A DNA stretch of 64,000 bases, from positions 144,655,632-144,719,631 of the forward strand of contig NC_068982.1 in the NCBI RefSeq assembly GCF_001194135.2. The letters run 5' to 3'. How positions within the stretch are numbered: position 1 is the first letter of the stretch; each line of letters begins with the position of its first letter. Below the pieces are notes generated by a model that was given only the letters and a program-made list of their open reading frames with translations, did no database searches and was not told the origin of the DNA. The position numbers were made by a program, and so were the translations under genes. The DNA comes from Octopus bimaculoides. Its lineage: Eukaryota. This document shows positions 23,221 through 35,726 of this stretch, in pieces.

Positions 23221-25085
23221 TCTATAAGATAGGAATTTTGAAAGAAGTTTCTATAAAACTAGTTTTTAAATATCAAATGACTATGAGGATCAACCAGAAT
23301 AAAATAGTAAAGGGGTCCATAGATTTTTTAAAAAAATGGTTGAAAACCCTTGCACTATATCATCGATCTTATGGTCTTTGTCTAAATGTCTTCTATTTAA
23401 TACAGTTCCAGAGTTGTTCTGTGTCTTTTGGTGTCATTAGGATTCACAAGTACATTTTGATTCCCCTTCACCATAGATCATCTTTTGTTAAACCTGTTTT
23501 CACTATTTTCTATAACTGAAGCATAAAAGTCACTGTTAGTCAGGGGTCTACACCATATTCAGTGTTTCCTATTGCAACTCTTGCATTTCTTTGTGCCATG
23601 TACTAGGATACAAATGTTTAGTCAGAGGTTTGATAATTTAATCCTGTGTTTTGGCTGTCTTCAGTTTCATATATACAACAGAGAGCACCACAGTACTTGC
23701 CTTTTTCAACCGAGATGATGTTTTTCTCCATATGTTCTGGAAGATTTGGGATACTGCTTGATGTAAAGGAAAATGTTATTCACTTCCCTCATCTTTTTGT
23801 AAGTACAGGTATATAATTTTTCTCTTTCCTTCTCCTGGATTGTATCCTGCAGCAAAGAAATACTGTAGTTTATATAAAATTCTCTCATCTACACATTTTT
23901 GCTTGTAACTGTAATGGCTAAAAAAGTTCTATGTTGAATTGTTATTGAAAGAAGACCTGTCTTCACACAGCTGCTATAAGCAAGCTGCAGTATCTGGAAT
24001 TATGTAAGAGTTGCTACTTTGCAGTCTTCCAAATTATGTAAGTCTTTGGTACATCTTCAAGTAATTGGTTTTTTTTTTTGTCTTCTGGTGTATTTAGTTC
24101 ATCTGGTTCATTTAGTTCATTTAGCCATTGTGGTGCTTCGTTGTGTGGAAAATAATGTGTGGTAACCATGTTGGATGTGAAAATATCAAATGTAAATAAA
24201 ATTTTAAAAGCTTGTGAAGCAAACTTCTTTTATCTGTTGGTATTGAGAGCAATCTCTTCTTAAGCAATTGCAGTTTGTTTTACATGTAATCCAAACATTT
24301 TATTTGGTAACGCTTAAAAAGAATGTGTTTTGAAAGTAGAATCAAAAAGATGTCTTCACATTAGGGAGTCAACAACAATAAGTCTTTCTAATTTTGCACA
24401 AGGCCAGTAAATTTTAAGGGGTGGCAGAAATCTATAACACTGACCACAGTACTCAAGTGATACTTATTTTACTGACCCCTGAAAGAATGAAGGGTAAAAT
24501 TGTCCTCAGCAGGATTTGAACTCAAAATGTAAAGAATTGGAGCAGATACTGCAAAGTATTTTCAACAATGCTTTGATGCTTCTGCGAGCTTGAATAACAA
24601 CTATGATGGCGGTGGCAGCAGTGATGGCACCAATGACAACAATTATTGGGGACCACTATTATTAATTAAATCAACTTCATTATGTTACTAAAATTTTTTT
24701 TTATTAAATCCCAGAAAGTTGAAAACAAAGTTTATTCTGGCATGTATTAAACTCAGAATATAATAGGGTGAAATCAAATACTACAAGGAATTGTTTGTCC
24801 AGCACTCTAGACCAATGGCAAGAATAGATACATTTATTGACTATGAGCAATGAATTCAAAACATCACCAAAGCCATGGTATTCTGCTCATGAATAAGACA
24901 AATAACTGAAAACATTTCCAATCATACATCATGTACCTTACAGAAGAAGGAAGGGCAGGGTTGCAGCTGTAAAAACAGAAAATTTAATCCATCAAAACAC
25001 TACCATTTATGCAAGAAAAGTGTAAAATAGATGCATAACAAAAACAAACCAAAAATAAATATGGAAAAAAATTATTATTATTATC

Positions 25086-25153
<68 letters not shown>

Positions 25154-26383
25154 TATTATTATTATTATTGCTTTTTTAGGGGGTCTGTATGTTGTTAGAA
25201 GAGGTTCTGTGTGTTCTGAAAAATTATCTTTGCATCAAAATAATTTGTTGGTCAAACTAAAGGGGCTTGAAGAAATTTTCGTTGTTGCTTGCTTTCCTTA
25301 ACAGATAGCTTGTGTCTCAAAGAACATCTGGCCAGGGTGGTTGTTTTGGATCAGGTTACACCCACTGAGAGATAAACATAATGTGGGGTGAGAGAAGCTA
25401 ACAGATTGGAACCTTCATTTCAAGACTTTTAATCATGCTATCTTACACTTACACACACACACACACACACCAGTGTAACAGATATACTGTGCTATAAATG
25501 CATTCATGTATATACACATACAGTCACACAAGCATATACATGTACACACAGATATAGCTATGAAAATCAACATGCACACACATACATCAATGAAACATGA
25601 TAGACATGAATGCATACACACACATGAACACACACACACACAAACACACAATGATCACAAACATAATACATAAGCCTATATAGATGTATTCATACACAAC
25701 CTAGCTACACAAACCTAGAGACACTATATTCATGCATATATACCTATATGGGTATATACAAATATACATATACACATGCACAAATACAATTAAAATTTTG
25801 CATGTAAATAATATGCCACACACTATACATATGTGTGTGTATGCATATATATCTCTGATCTGTATCAGTTTCGTAAATACTGTGCACTGAATTTCATATA
25901 TTAAACACAGGAATTCATACATGCACACACATTTTCATCCATTTATATACATTAGGATATACACATGAATATTCTCTCACACACAAACACATATACGCAC
26001 ACATGTATGCATGTACAAATATGAATTCTGAATATGTGTGTGTTTTTGAATTTAATTGAAGTACAGCTTTTCTTTATATATTGTTTCATTATAGAAAAAT
26101 TTATACAGAAAAATGCACATGAAATTCAGAAGACATGGACTTCACAAGCTGTAGTAAAGACAAACCATCTTGTAAAGCTATAAATCTGAACTAAAATTGA
26201 TACAAAATAGAAGGAACTCTAGTTCTGTTTGAAAAAAATCTTTCTAGAGTCAGTAGCATGATAAAATGTACTCTGTGAATGCTATAAAGTGACTAGTGAT
26301 AGAAAAGGCATTCAGAGAGCTTCTCTTTGGTCACACAAGCAGTGAGAAATAGGCAAATCTTCCTCAAACTGCACTCTGCCATT

Positions 26384-26818
26384 TTAACCCTTTGGCATTT
26401 AGACCAGCAATATCTGGCTAAAATAACCTACTTGCATTATCTTCAAACTGGCCAGATCTGGCCTCTCACACTTACCCTGCAATATCATTCAAAAAGTAAA
26501 CAATTACATCATCGAAATCTCAAAAGTGACAAGACAACACATGATTAATTTAAAACAATGTGAATAGATAAGCATTACATTAAACAGAGAAATTTGAATG
26601 CTAAAGGGTTAAATTGGTCATGTCTCGCCCAAATACTCTTCCTGTTTTATGTTCAAACCTACCAGATCCAGTCTCTTATACTTACATTACAATGCCATTC
26701 TTTAGAATGACAATCACACAACTGAAGTTTCGAAACTACAAGGTAATGCATTAATTCAAAACAATGTGAATAAATATGGATTACATTTGACAGAGTAATC
26801 TAAATGCTAAAGAGTTAA
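26384..26818. mobile_element. piggyBac-type MITE (26384-26612) with a tandem partial second unit (26613-26818)
   Basis: TTAA|CCCTTTGGCATT ... AATGCTAAAGGG|TTAA. The second unit shares the internal sequence and right end only. Confidence 0.75.
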
Positions 26819-27301
26819 GAAAAGGAAGTCCCATTAAGCAATGTAGTCCATAATTTACAAAAAAGATGGAATTATCATGAGTACAGTCATTTCAATCATA
26901 AATCTACTTGATTTCAACTGAGATCAACATTACTCAATTCAGGAGAAACAGCTGAAAAAAGATCAGTTGCCCATCGCATTCATTTAACTTCTTTAGTCAA
27001 GTACTTTGTTTATATACAGAGAGGCTGTTTGAAAACATCTGCTGCAACTATTTCATGACAATATAAGAATTTACAGAATTGCCCAACCTATGTTAGTAAA
27101 GCATTGGCAGATGGATGAAATAAATAAAGAAAGTCTGAAAATGAGGAAGACCAACTGTTCTCATAGATAAACCGGATCTTTAATGCTAATGGTCATCTTT
27201 GATAATGAAAGATATCTTAAGTGGAAAGGCGTGAATACGTAGGTGTACATATATCCATACATGTACATAATATGTATACACACACACATATATAAGCCAA
27301 G

Positions 27302-28110
27302 TAAGATCGTTGCCAGTGCCCCTGGACTGGTTCTTGTNNNNNNNNNNNNNNNNNNNNNNNNNNNNNNNNNNNNNNNNNNNNNNNNNNNNNNNNNNNNNNN
27401 NNNNNNNNNNNNNNNNNNNNNNNNNNNNNNNNNNNNNTGGTCATTAGTCATTTCCTCAGTGAGGCCTAATGTTTGAAGGTCGTGCTTCACCACCTCATCC
27501 CAGGTCTTCTTGGGTCTACCTCTTCCACAGGTTCCCTCAACCGCTAGGGTGTGGTACTTTTTCACCAGCTATCCTCATCCATTCTCACCACATGACCATA
27601 CCAGAGCAGTCGTCTCTCTTGCACACCACATCTGATGCTTCCTAGGTCCAACTTTTCTCTCAAGGCACTTACACTCTGTCGAGTATGCACACTGATATTA
27701 CACATCCATTGGAGCATACTAGCTTCATTCCTTGCAAGCTTACGCATGTCCTCAACAGTCACGGTCCATGTTTCACTGCTATGTAGCATGGCTGTTCGTA
27801 CACATGAGTCATACAGTCTACCTTTTACTCTGAGCGAAAGGCCCTTTGTCGCCAGCAGAGGTAGGAGCTCTCTGAACTTTGCCAAGGCTATTCTTATTCT
27901 AGCAGCTACACTTTCAGAGCACCCACCCCAGCTACTGACTTGGTCACCTAGGTAATGGAAGCTATCAACTACTTCTAGTTTTTCTCCCTGGAATGTGGCA
28001 GAAGTTGTTCTCGGCACATTTTCAGTGTTTATTGCTCGTGTGCATCTGCCACATACAAAAACTATCTTCCTAGTTAGCCTTCCTTTGATATTGCTGCACC
28101 TCTTATGTGT
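27302..28110 (-). mobile_element. 5'-truncated RTE-clade LINE (Cys/His insert, RT thumb, C-terminus)
   Basis: THKRCSNIKGRL..FVCGRC..EKLEVVDSFHYLGD..AARIRIA..ETWT..RRLLWYGHVVRMDE..GRGRPKKTWDEVVKHD. One internal stop; gap in the 3'UTR. Confidence 0.92.
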
Positions 28111-29888
28111 TCATAGCATATGTGTCCATTGGATGAAGTACTGAAGAACGACCTGATGCAGTACCAGGCAGTGGCTCTCATGGCTTCTGATCTTAACTGA
28201 TTGGAAGTGTTATCATGTACATGATTTGTCTTAGTATAAAAGATGGGCAACAACAAATATTTTGCTGAATACTGCAGATTTGCTTGTTAGTTCCTTGACT
28301 GTAATCAGTTGAGCATGTCCCTTAGTGACATATGATATGTGCATCTCTTGTCATGAGCAGGAGTAGTGGGGGAGCATCGTAGCCATGTGCTGAGAAGAAT
28401 TATTTGGGGTTTGAATAATTCACTTCTGGAAACATTCAGGGACCTTTTGAGCAGGATGGGTTACTCAAGCTGAAGAAAATTCTTGATGAGACCCTACTTG
28501 CAAGGTCATACACTATTTATTTTGATAGGAGATCACAATGTCACGCACATATGGTCGTGATGTATGTACCCGGTGTACTCTTATCAGATGGGTAGTCATG
28601 ACGGGGTGTATTGGGCTTCATATATTTGTACGTACCCCAGTGTCACTTTGATGGTATGCATTGCTCTCTCACTCAATAATAACGATGGTAATGATGATAT
28701 GTTTAGCTTTTACTTTATTATTTATATTTATTCTCACTGGACAATAATAGAAAAAAATTTCCCCCTACATCATCACCACCGCTATGAACACTTCCACCAC
28801 AAACACTAACACTGGTACCACCACCACCACCACCAGCATGACTAAAAGACCGTGGGCTGCTTTAACATAAACCAACCAATCCTTTAGATTAAATTAAACA
28901 AGTGGAAGCTGACACTAGTAAACAGTTGGTAGACTGTTTGACTTATCTTGATATTTCAGGCCATTTCGTTGCTTAACTTCCTGTTATGTATGCAGTTACT
29001 ACTACTGCAACTACTACTACTACTACCATTGTTGCAACTATCACAACTAATAATAATAATAATATAGCTGTAGTTACTGCTGCTATTTCTTCCACCACCA
29101 CCACCACCACCACCATTAAATACATATATGCCTTCAACCCAGGTGGGCACATGATCCTGAAAAGCCACAAAAATGGCAAAACACTGATGTCCATCACTCC
29201 CAAATGGGACCGAGGGTGAGTTATCTCACCTGTCCATGACTCTAAGATGTTTTAACACCAGCGACATGAGAGTTATATACTCTGCAACATAATTGCAGCC
29301 ACTGGAAAGTACACAAAGCATATACATAAGTATATGTATTTAATAATATTTCACACACACACACACATGTATATGTGTATGTATGCACATATATATACAT
29401 ATACACAAATGCATATAAAACAATTACACATACTAGAAGAGCAGTGATAGTAATTTAAAACATTTATATACTATTATTTTCATGTATGTTTTATTTCTTG
29501 ACAGTACTGCTACTGAATATTATCAAGAGTCAAAAAGTTTTGTCGAACACTGGCAACCCGGTCACTGACATAACTGCTCAGGTATTAGAATAGTGTGAAT
29601 AGCCAGGCAGTTAATGTATAAGAAAACAGGCTTGAAATTTCATAGTCACCAATGCAATTTCTTTTATAGCTGAAGAAGGGTGTTAAATAATAGATTGGAT
29701 TAAGGGGTAGATATTGTGTTATGATTGGCTGGCTTAAACAATGCTATTGTATGATAAATGGTTGGCAATTAATGCTGTATAGTGGGTGTGGTTATACTAT
29801 AAGTAAGGGGGAGATGGCTTATTTATTTATCTACTTATTCTATTATGTTATAATTCATTTTATTAATTAGAGTAAGTGTTGCAGCATT

Positions 29889-30275
29889 CAAGGGTGGGCT
29901 GAAAAGTTCATAGGTTGACTATAAAGGAGTGATGCTAGAGCTGTAAAATCTTGCATGCATTAATTCCAACACTTCTTCTTAATAACTACATTGTTTCTTT
30001 GCAGGTAAGCTGACATCTGACTGTTCAAAGAAAACTTCGAATGTAACTAGTAGTGATTTCTCTTAAGAATGGACAAAATTTGGCATCGTGGTGTTATCAA
30101 GTACCGGTCGAAAAAGGTTTTAGCCTCCAATTATATTCATGCTGACATGATTGCTACATTAGGGGATGATGCTCCAGCTTTATCAACAGTACAGAAGTGG
30201 GCAGCTGAATTTAGGAGGAGAAGGGAGAGTCTTGAAGATGACCCAAGGTTTGGATGTCCAGCAGTTACCACCATT
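29889..30275 (+). pseudogene. Mariner 5' end: TIR and N-terminal HTH of the transposase
   Basis: caagggtgggctgaaaagttc terminus; MDKIWHRGVIKY..IHADMIATLGDDAPALSTVQKWAAEFRRRRESLEDDPR.G.P. Confidence 0.85.
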
Positions 30276-30538
30276 GAGGCTTATTCTTTCCATGCTCAAA
30301 TAAGACTTTTCAAATCTTATAAGCAGTGTCTATCTAAACGCTAACTCAGTCTTCAAAACTTGGGAAGTCTTTCTATTAGATATTTACTTACTTTTTTACT
30401 TACCACAGGTAGGTAGATTTCTTATTTCAAATATAGATTTAGTATGTGAATACCCACCTACCTACCTTGATACCTACACACACACACACACACACATTCC
30501 TGCATTTCTTGTATGTGTGTCTTAGTATCATATAATAT

Positions 30539-31823
30539 TGATGCGACGACCGAAAATACAGTTGACATTATATCCCTATCTCCCGGGCTGGGTTTTGAAC
30601 CCGTACTCTGGTCAGTTGGGGAGAATGGTATTTCCTTTGTCTCGTCGGCAACCACAGCTATTTTTAGCGTAGCTGCCCCTTTCTGGTCAGCGAAAGTTAA
30701 AAAAAGGCAGCATAGGAATTGTACCGACCAACCCATCTTGGCAGGGGGTAAAGTAGCACAATGAGCTATGGTATTTGGGATGAATAGGAGAACAAGAATT
30801 GGCGGCAAAAGCAGTTAGCAGANNNNNNNNNNNNNNNNNNNNNNNNNNNNNNNNNNNNNNNNNNNNNNNNNNNNNNNNNNNNNNNNNNNNNNNNNNNNNN
30901 NNNNNNNNNNNNNNNNNNNNNNNNNNNNNNNNNNNNNNNNNNNNNNNNNNNNNNNNNNNNNNNNNNNNNNNNNNNNNNNNNNNNNNNNNNNNNNNNNNNN
31001 NNNNNNNNNNNNNNNNNNNNNNNNNNNNNNNNNNNNNNNNNNNNNNNNNNNNNNNNNNNNNNNNNNNNNNNNNNNNNNNNNNNNNNNNNNNNNNNNNNNN
31101 NNNNNNNNNNNNNNNNNNNNNNNNNNNNNNNNNNNNNNNNNNNNNNNNNNNNNNNNNNNNNNNNNNNNNNNNNNNNNNNNNNNNNNNNNNNNNNNNNNNN
31201 NNNNNNNNNNNNNNNNNNNNNNNNNNNNNNNNNNNNNNNNNNNNNNNNNNNNNNNNNNNNNNNNNNNNNNNNNNNNNNNNNNNNNNNNNNNNNNNNNNNN
31301 NNNNNNNNNNNNNNNNNNNNNNNNNNNNNNNNNNNNNNNNNNNNNNNNNNNNNNNNNNNNNNNNNNNNNNNNNNNNNNNNNNNNNNNAGAAATACAAAAG
31401 AAAGAAGCAGAAGAACTTTGTTGTCAAATGAAACTTGAGACATGAACTTTGCGATGTAAAAATGATTGGAAAGCTTATAATTGTTTGGAAACTTTGTCAA
31501 CGTTATTGAACTGTCATGCCATGTATTGGAATTGTTATTATGTAATGCTCTATTCTAATGTTTTAAATGTATTCTGTGATGTTATGTATGTATGTCGGGA
31601 CAAAAAGAAAAGGTTACCCAACGCATGGTCTTCGTGTTGTTTCTTCCTCCCCGTCCTATTTGCCTGTGTTGTTCTTCGTTACGTGCTCCAGCCGGGGCTT
31701 TATTATCGGTCAGGATTGTACCGACAGACGAATTTGCTAGCTCACTGAGTGTTGAACGTTCGAGCGTGCGCGAGTCCCCCCTTCGGTGTTGAGGAGGTGC
31801 TTCGCGTGCGGGCGTTCGTAACA
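30539..31823. mobile_element. Putative solo LTR (about 1.29 kb including a 565-N gap)
   Basis: ATAT|TGATGCGAC ... GTTCGTAACA|ATAT: TG..CA ends, imperfect terminal inverted repeat, 4-bp ATAT TSD, CpG-rich compared with flanks. Confidence 0.65.
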
Positions 31824-32195
31824 ATATGTTATAGCCACTCCTTGAATGAATCAGGTGCTTTATTGTAGCTGTTTTTCTCCTTAAGTTGCATGTATGTCAA
31901 ACATTGAGCTGTCAAGTAGAACCAGGTGTATTTAGTAAGACCCCACCAGCACTAAAATAGTTGTTTTTCTGGACTTAATGTCCTGGGTACACCGTATCTT
32001 ATATTACAGTACCAATGCTACTTGCTGCTTGCCTGATGGAGTGAGTGCGAGGTTGGCTTTTAGAGTAAACATTCTCCAAGACAAGGCCATTTTTAACATG
32101 ACTTTTAAATAGCTATATCTGTATTATACCATTTAGTGTTGTACAGTGCAACAGTTTAAGTTAGATCAGACATGTCTCCTTCACTTCTGGCTAAG

Positions 32196-32252
<57 letters not shown>

Positions 32253-33454
32253 TGATGAGAAACATATTCACAGCTTTTGCCAAGAGGTGTGTGACATATA
32301 ACCTTGTTAGGAAAATTAGAGTTAGAGATAATTAACTTTGTATGCTTAAACATATTCAGTAATGCTTTGTTTCACACACACACACATGCCTGCATGTATT
32401 TCAGTTGTATAATGCCTAAATTGTTTTTGAGCAAACTAAGAAATATAGTTCTCTCTTTTACTTGTTTCAGTCATTTGACTGCAGCCATGCTGGAGCACCA
32501 CCTTTAGTCGAGAAAATCAACCCCAGGACTTATTCTTTGGAAGCCTAGTACTTATTCTATNNNNNNNNNNGAAAATCAACCCCAGGACTTATTCTTTGGA
32601 AGCCTAGTACTTATTCTATCGGTCCCTTTTGCTGAACCGCTAAGTTATGGGGACATAAACACACCACCATCGGTTGTCAAGCCATGGTGGGGGCACAAGC
32701 ACACATACATACATATATATACATATATACGACGGGCTTCTTTCAGTTTCCGTCTACCAGATCCACTCACAAGGCTTTGGTCGGCCCGAGGCTATAGTAG
32801 AAGACACTTGCCCAAGGTGCCATGCAGTGGGACAGAACCCGGAACCATGTGGTTGGTAAGCAAGCTACTTACCACACAGCCACTCCTGCACCGAATTTAT
32901 TTATATATATTCTATGGTATTCTTTTATCTTTTCAGTCACCAGACTGTGGCCATACTGGGGCACTGCATAGAGAGTTTAGTTAAGCAAATCTTCTCTAGT
33001 TTGTATTTTAAGTTTGGTTCTCATTCAGTTGGTCATTTTAATTGAAGTGTTACGTTACAGACATAAACAGACCAGTACCAGTTGAGAACAAACACAAACG
33101 CACACACACATTCATGCAAACATACACCCATGTATATACATACATATGATGGGCTTCCACACAGTTTCCATCTACCAAATTCACTTGGCACAAGGTATCA
33201 TCATCATCGTTTAACGTCCGCTGTCCATGCTAATGAGGTGGAGAGCAGAGTCAGTATCTGTTTATGTTCCTTTACATTAAGAGTTCAAACCCTATCCAGG
33301 TCAACTTTGTCTTTCAGCCTTCTAAGACTGATAAAATTTGGGAGGTGGTAGTGGGAGGTATCAGTATAATCAACTCTGATGGTGAAAGTAGTCCCCACCC
33401 CACCAGTAAAAAGCCTGAAACCAATTAAGAAATACACATTTGAAGTAAATTCAT

Positions 33455-33635
33455 CATCGTCATCGTTGTTTAACGTCCGCTTTCCATGCTAGCATGGATT
33501 GGACAATTTGACTGAGGACTGGTGAACCAGATGTCTACACCAGGCTCCAATCTGATTTGGCAGAGTTTCTACAGCTGGATGCCCTTCCTAACGCCAATCA
33601 CTCCGACAGTGTAGTGAGTGCTTTTACGTGCCCCC
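33455..33635 (-). mobile_element. RTE-tail-derived repeat
   Basis: catcatcgtcatcgttgtttaacgtccgctttccatgctagcatgg... Confidence 0.75.
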
Positions 33636-33756
33636 AGCAGCCTGGTTCCCTCCTCATTGCGGGAACCAAACCATAGCCTCCATGTACATCATGGAAGCCC
33701 CCTGTATGTTGTCCAACATGTCCATTGAAATCAAAGTTAGATAAGGCCAGTTTATG

Positions 33757-33816
33757 GGAACAACTTGGGTTTCATGTCCATAAAGCATTTAGCTTTATGC
33801 CTTATCATCAGATTCC
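33757..33816 (-). ncRNA. Hammerhead ribozyme-like motif in the left PLE arm
   Basis: GGAAT CTGATGA taagg CATAAAGC-TAAAT-GCTTTATG gacat GAAAC ccaa GT T GTTCC; stem I GGAAU/GUUCC. Confidence 0.55.
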
Positions 33817-34201
33817 AAAACCTATTCTCTAGAATATGGAGGAGGAAAGGACCTTGCTACACAATGTCAACAACAAGGGAATGTCTTCCTTTGGCTATTG
33901 ATTGCCCTAGAAGATTCAGGCCCCTACATAAATGGGACCAAGTGCTGTAAACTATGCATTGCGAAATGGGTGGGGATTCTAAAGAACTCCCTCGACCCAA
34001 GGAACATCCTTAACTTCAGAATGGAGATCTTTAGACCATGCTTGCATTTCAGGAAATTCCTGCCGGCCTATTACAACCCACAGGATAACAGGGCCACTGG
34101 TGATCAATAGTCAAAGGGAGACAATCCCCTGTTGTTGACATTGACTAGCGAGGTCCTTTCCCCCCTCCATATTCTAGAGAGGCCTTAAGCCAACAGGTTT
34201 T

Positions 34202-34263
34202 GGAATCTGATGATATGCCGTAAAGCTAAATACTTTATGGATGTTGAAACCCTGGGTAATCTA
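34202..34263 (+). ncRNA. Hammerhead ribozyme-like motif in the right PLE arm (sense to the ORF)
   Basis: GGAAT CTGATGA TATGCCGTAAAG-CTAAATA-CTTTATGGATGTT GAAACCC-T-GGGT A ATCT; palindromic stem III, degraded stem I. Confidence 0.55.
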
Positions 34264-35726
34264 TTAAACCGGCCTCATCTAACTTTATTTATATTATATG
34301 CTGCTCTATAACTTAGAGAGTGCTTCTTTTTCAGATTTATGGTTTACTGATGACACACACACATACACACACATTTCAATAAGTACTAGGGTTGATTCAT
34401 TTGACTCAAAATTCTTCAATGCGGTGCCTTAGCATGGCCACAGTCTAATGGCTGATAAAAATAAAAGATAAAGATAATATATATANNNNNNNNNNNNNNN
34501 NNNNNNNNNNNNNNNNNNNNNNNNNNNNNNNNNNNNNNNNNNNNNNNNNNNNNNNNNNNNNNNNNNNNNNNNNNNNNNNNNNNNNNNNNNNNNNNNNNNN
34601 NNNNNNNNNNNNNNNNNNNNNNNNNNNNNNNNNNNNNNNNNNNNNNNNNNNNNNNNNNNNNNNNNNNNNNNNNNNNNNNNNNNNNNNNNNNNNNNNNNNN
34701 NNNNNNNNNNNNNNNATAATAATAAAGGAGTTACGACGCAAAAACGTATATATTCAGATGAACATATTTATCTTCTTCAATATATATTTCAGTATAAAGA
34801 ATTCATTAAGAGACTTAATAAATTAAAATTTCTTTACACATCTTTAGGAATAAATATAACATCAGATAAAATACATTCGGTTTAAAAACACAAACCGTTC
34901 ATGGCGAAAAAATTTTGAATTAGCTTAACCAATTATTTTTGTTGGTAGTTAATTTATAATATATATATATATAGAAAGAATGCTTATGCTATATACATAT
35001 ATATGTGAGCATATAAATATGTATGTATTTATGTATGTACTAAGGCACTTTTTAAATTTTTTTATTTATCTGCTTTCTGTTGTGATTTTTTCATGTCCAA
35101 ATATATAAATACATACATAAACACATTGTGGAAATCTTTACTCCCAGAACTGAGTCCCTCTGGAAATCTATCTCTTTCACATTCTTCTTTCCACCCTGCC
35201 TACATCTTCCCAGACAAACTTTAACATAACATACTTTCTTCAAACTAAACATTAATAGTTCTAACTCCCACCTCCAATATATATATATAAAAAAGAAAAG
35301 CAAATAACACACACACACACACACAAATAATCAAAACACAAAATATTAACAAAGTAAGTAAAAAAATAAAATAACACCATCAAGCAAACCATTGCAAGCT
35401 TATTTTAGAAAATTAGAAAATACAAAAGAGAAAGAAATGTAATGAGAAACAACAATAATAGTTGACTGCAAGGGATAAGTGAGGAAACAATCAAGGGAGA
35501 TAATAAATATTTAACCTAAATTAAATGCAGATCTGTCAAAGGAACTCAAGATACAGGAAAGATAATTTATAAACTGAAAATGTCATCAGAATAGAAACTT
35601 AACACATATTAGTCATTTTATTTTATATTATATATTTATGTATTTTTCTATTTTATGTAGTGGACTCCTGTGGCCAATAAAGAAACTATCATGGCAGTTA
35701 TTGGAATGGTAATGATAATAATAGTT

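Larger units (their letters stand above)
33733..34286 (+). mobile_element. Penelope-like element fragment: GIY-YIG C-terminal end flanked by an inverted copy of its 3' terminal repeat
   Basis: ORF 33898-34110 PY..KCCKLC..K..I......LNFRMEIFRPCLHFRKF matches the PLE endonuclease C-terminal CxLC...LNxRxE...CxH motif. Arms 33733-33903 and 34102-34286 are reverse complements. Confidence 0.8.

Noticed and set aside
23300-24350. Tc1-like transposase relic on the minus strand (PKDTEQLWNCI)
   Set aside because: Only one weak motif, with no DDE residues or TIRs that I could confirm.
31582-31824. Small GC-rich ORFs 31582-31824 and 31592-31792 as genes
   Set aside because: No recognisable domain or splice context; they fall inside the putative solo LTR.
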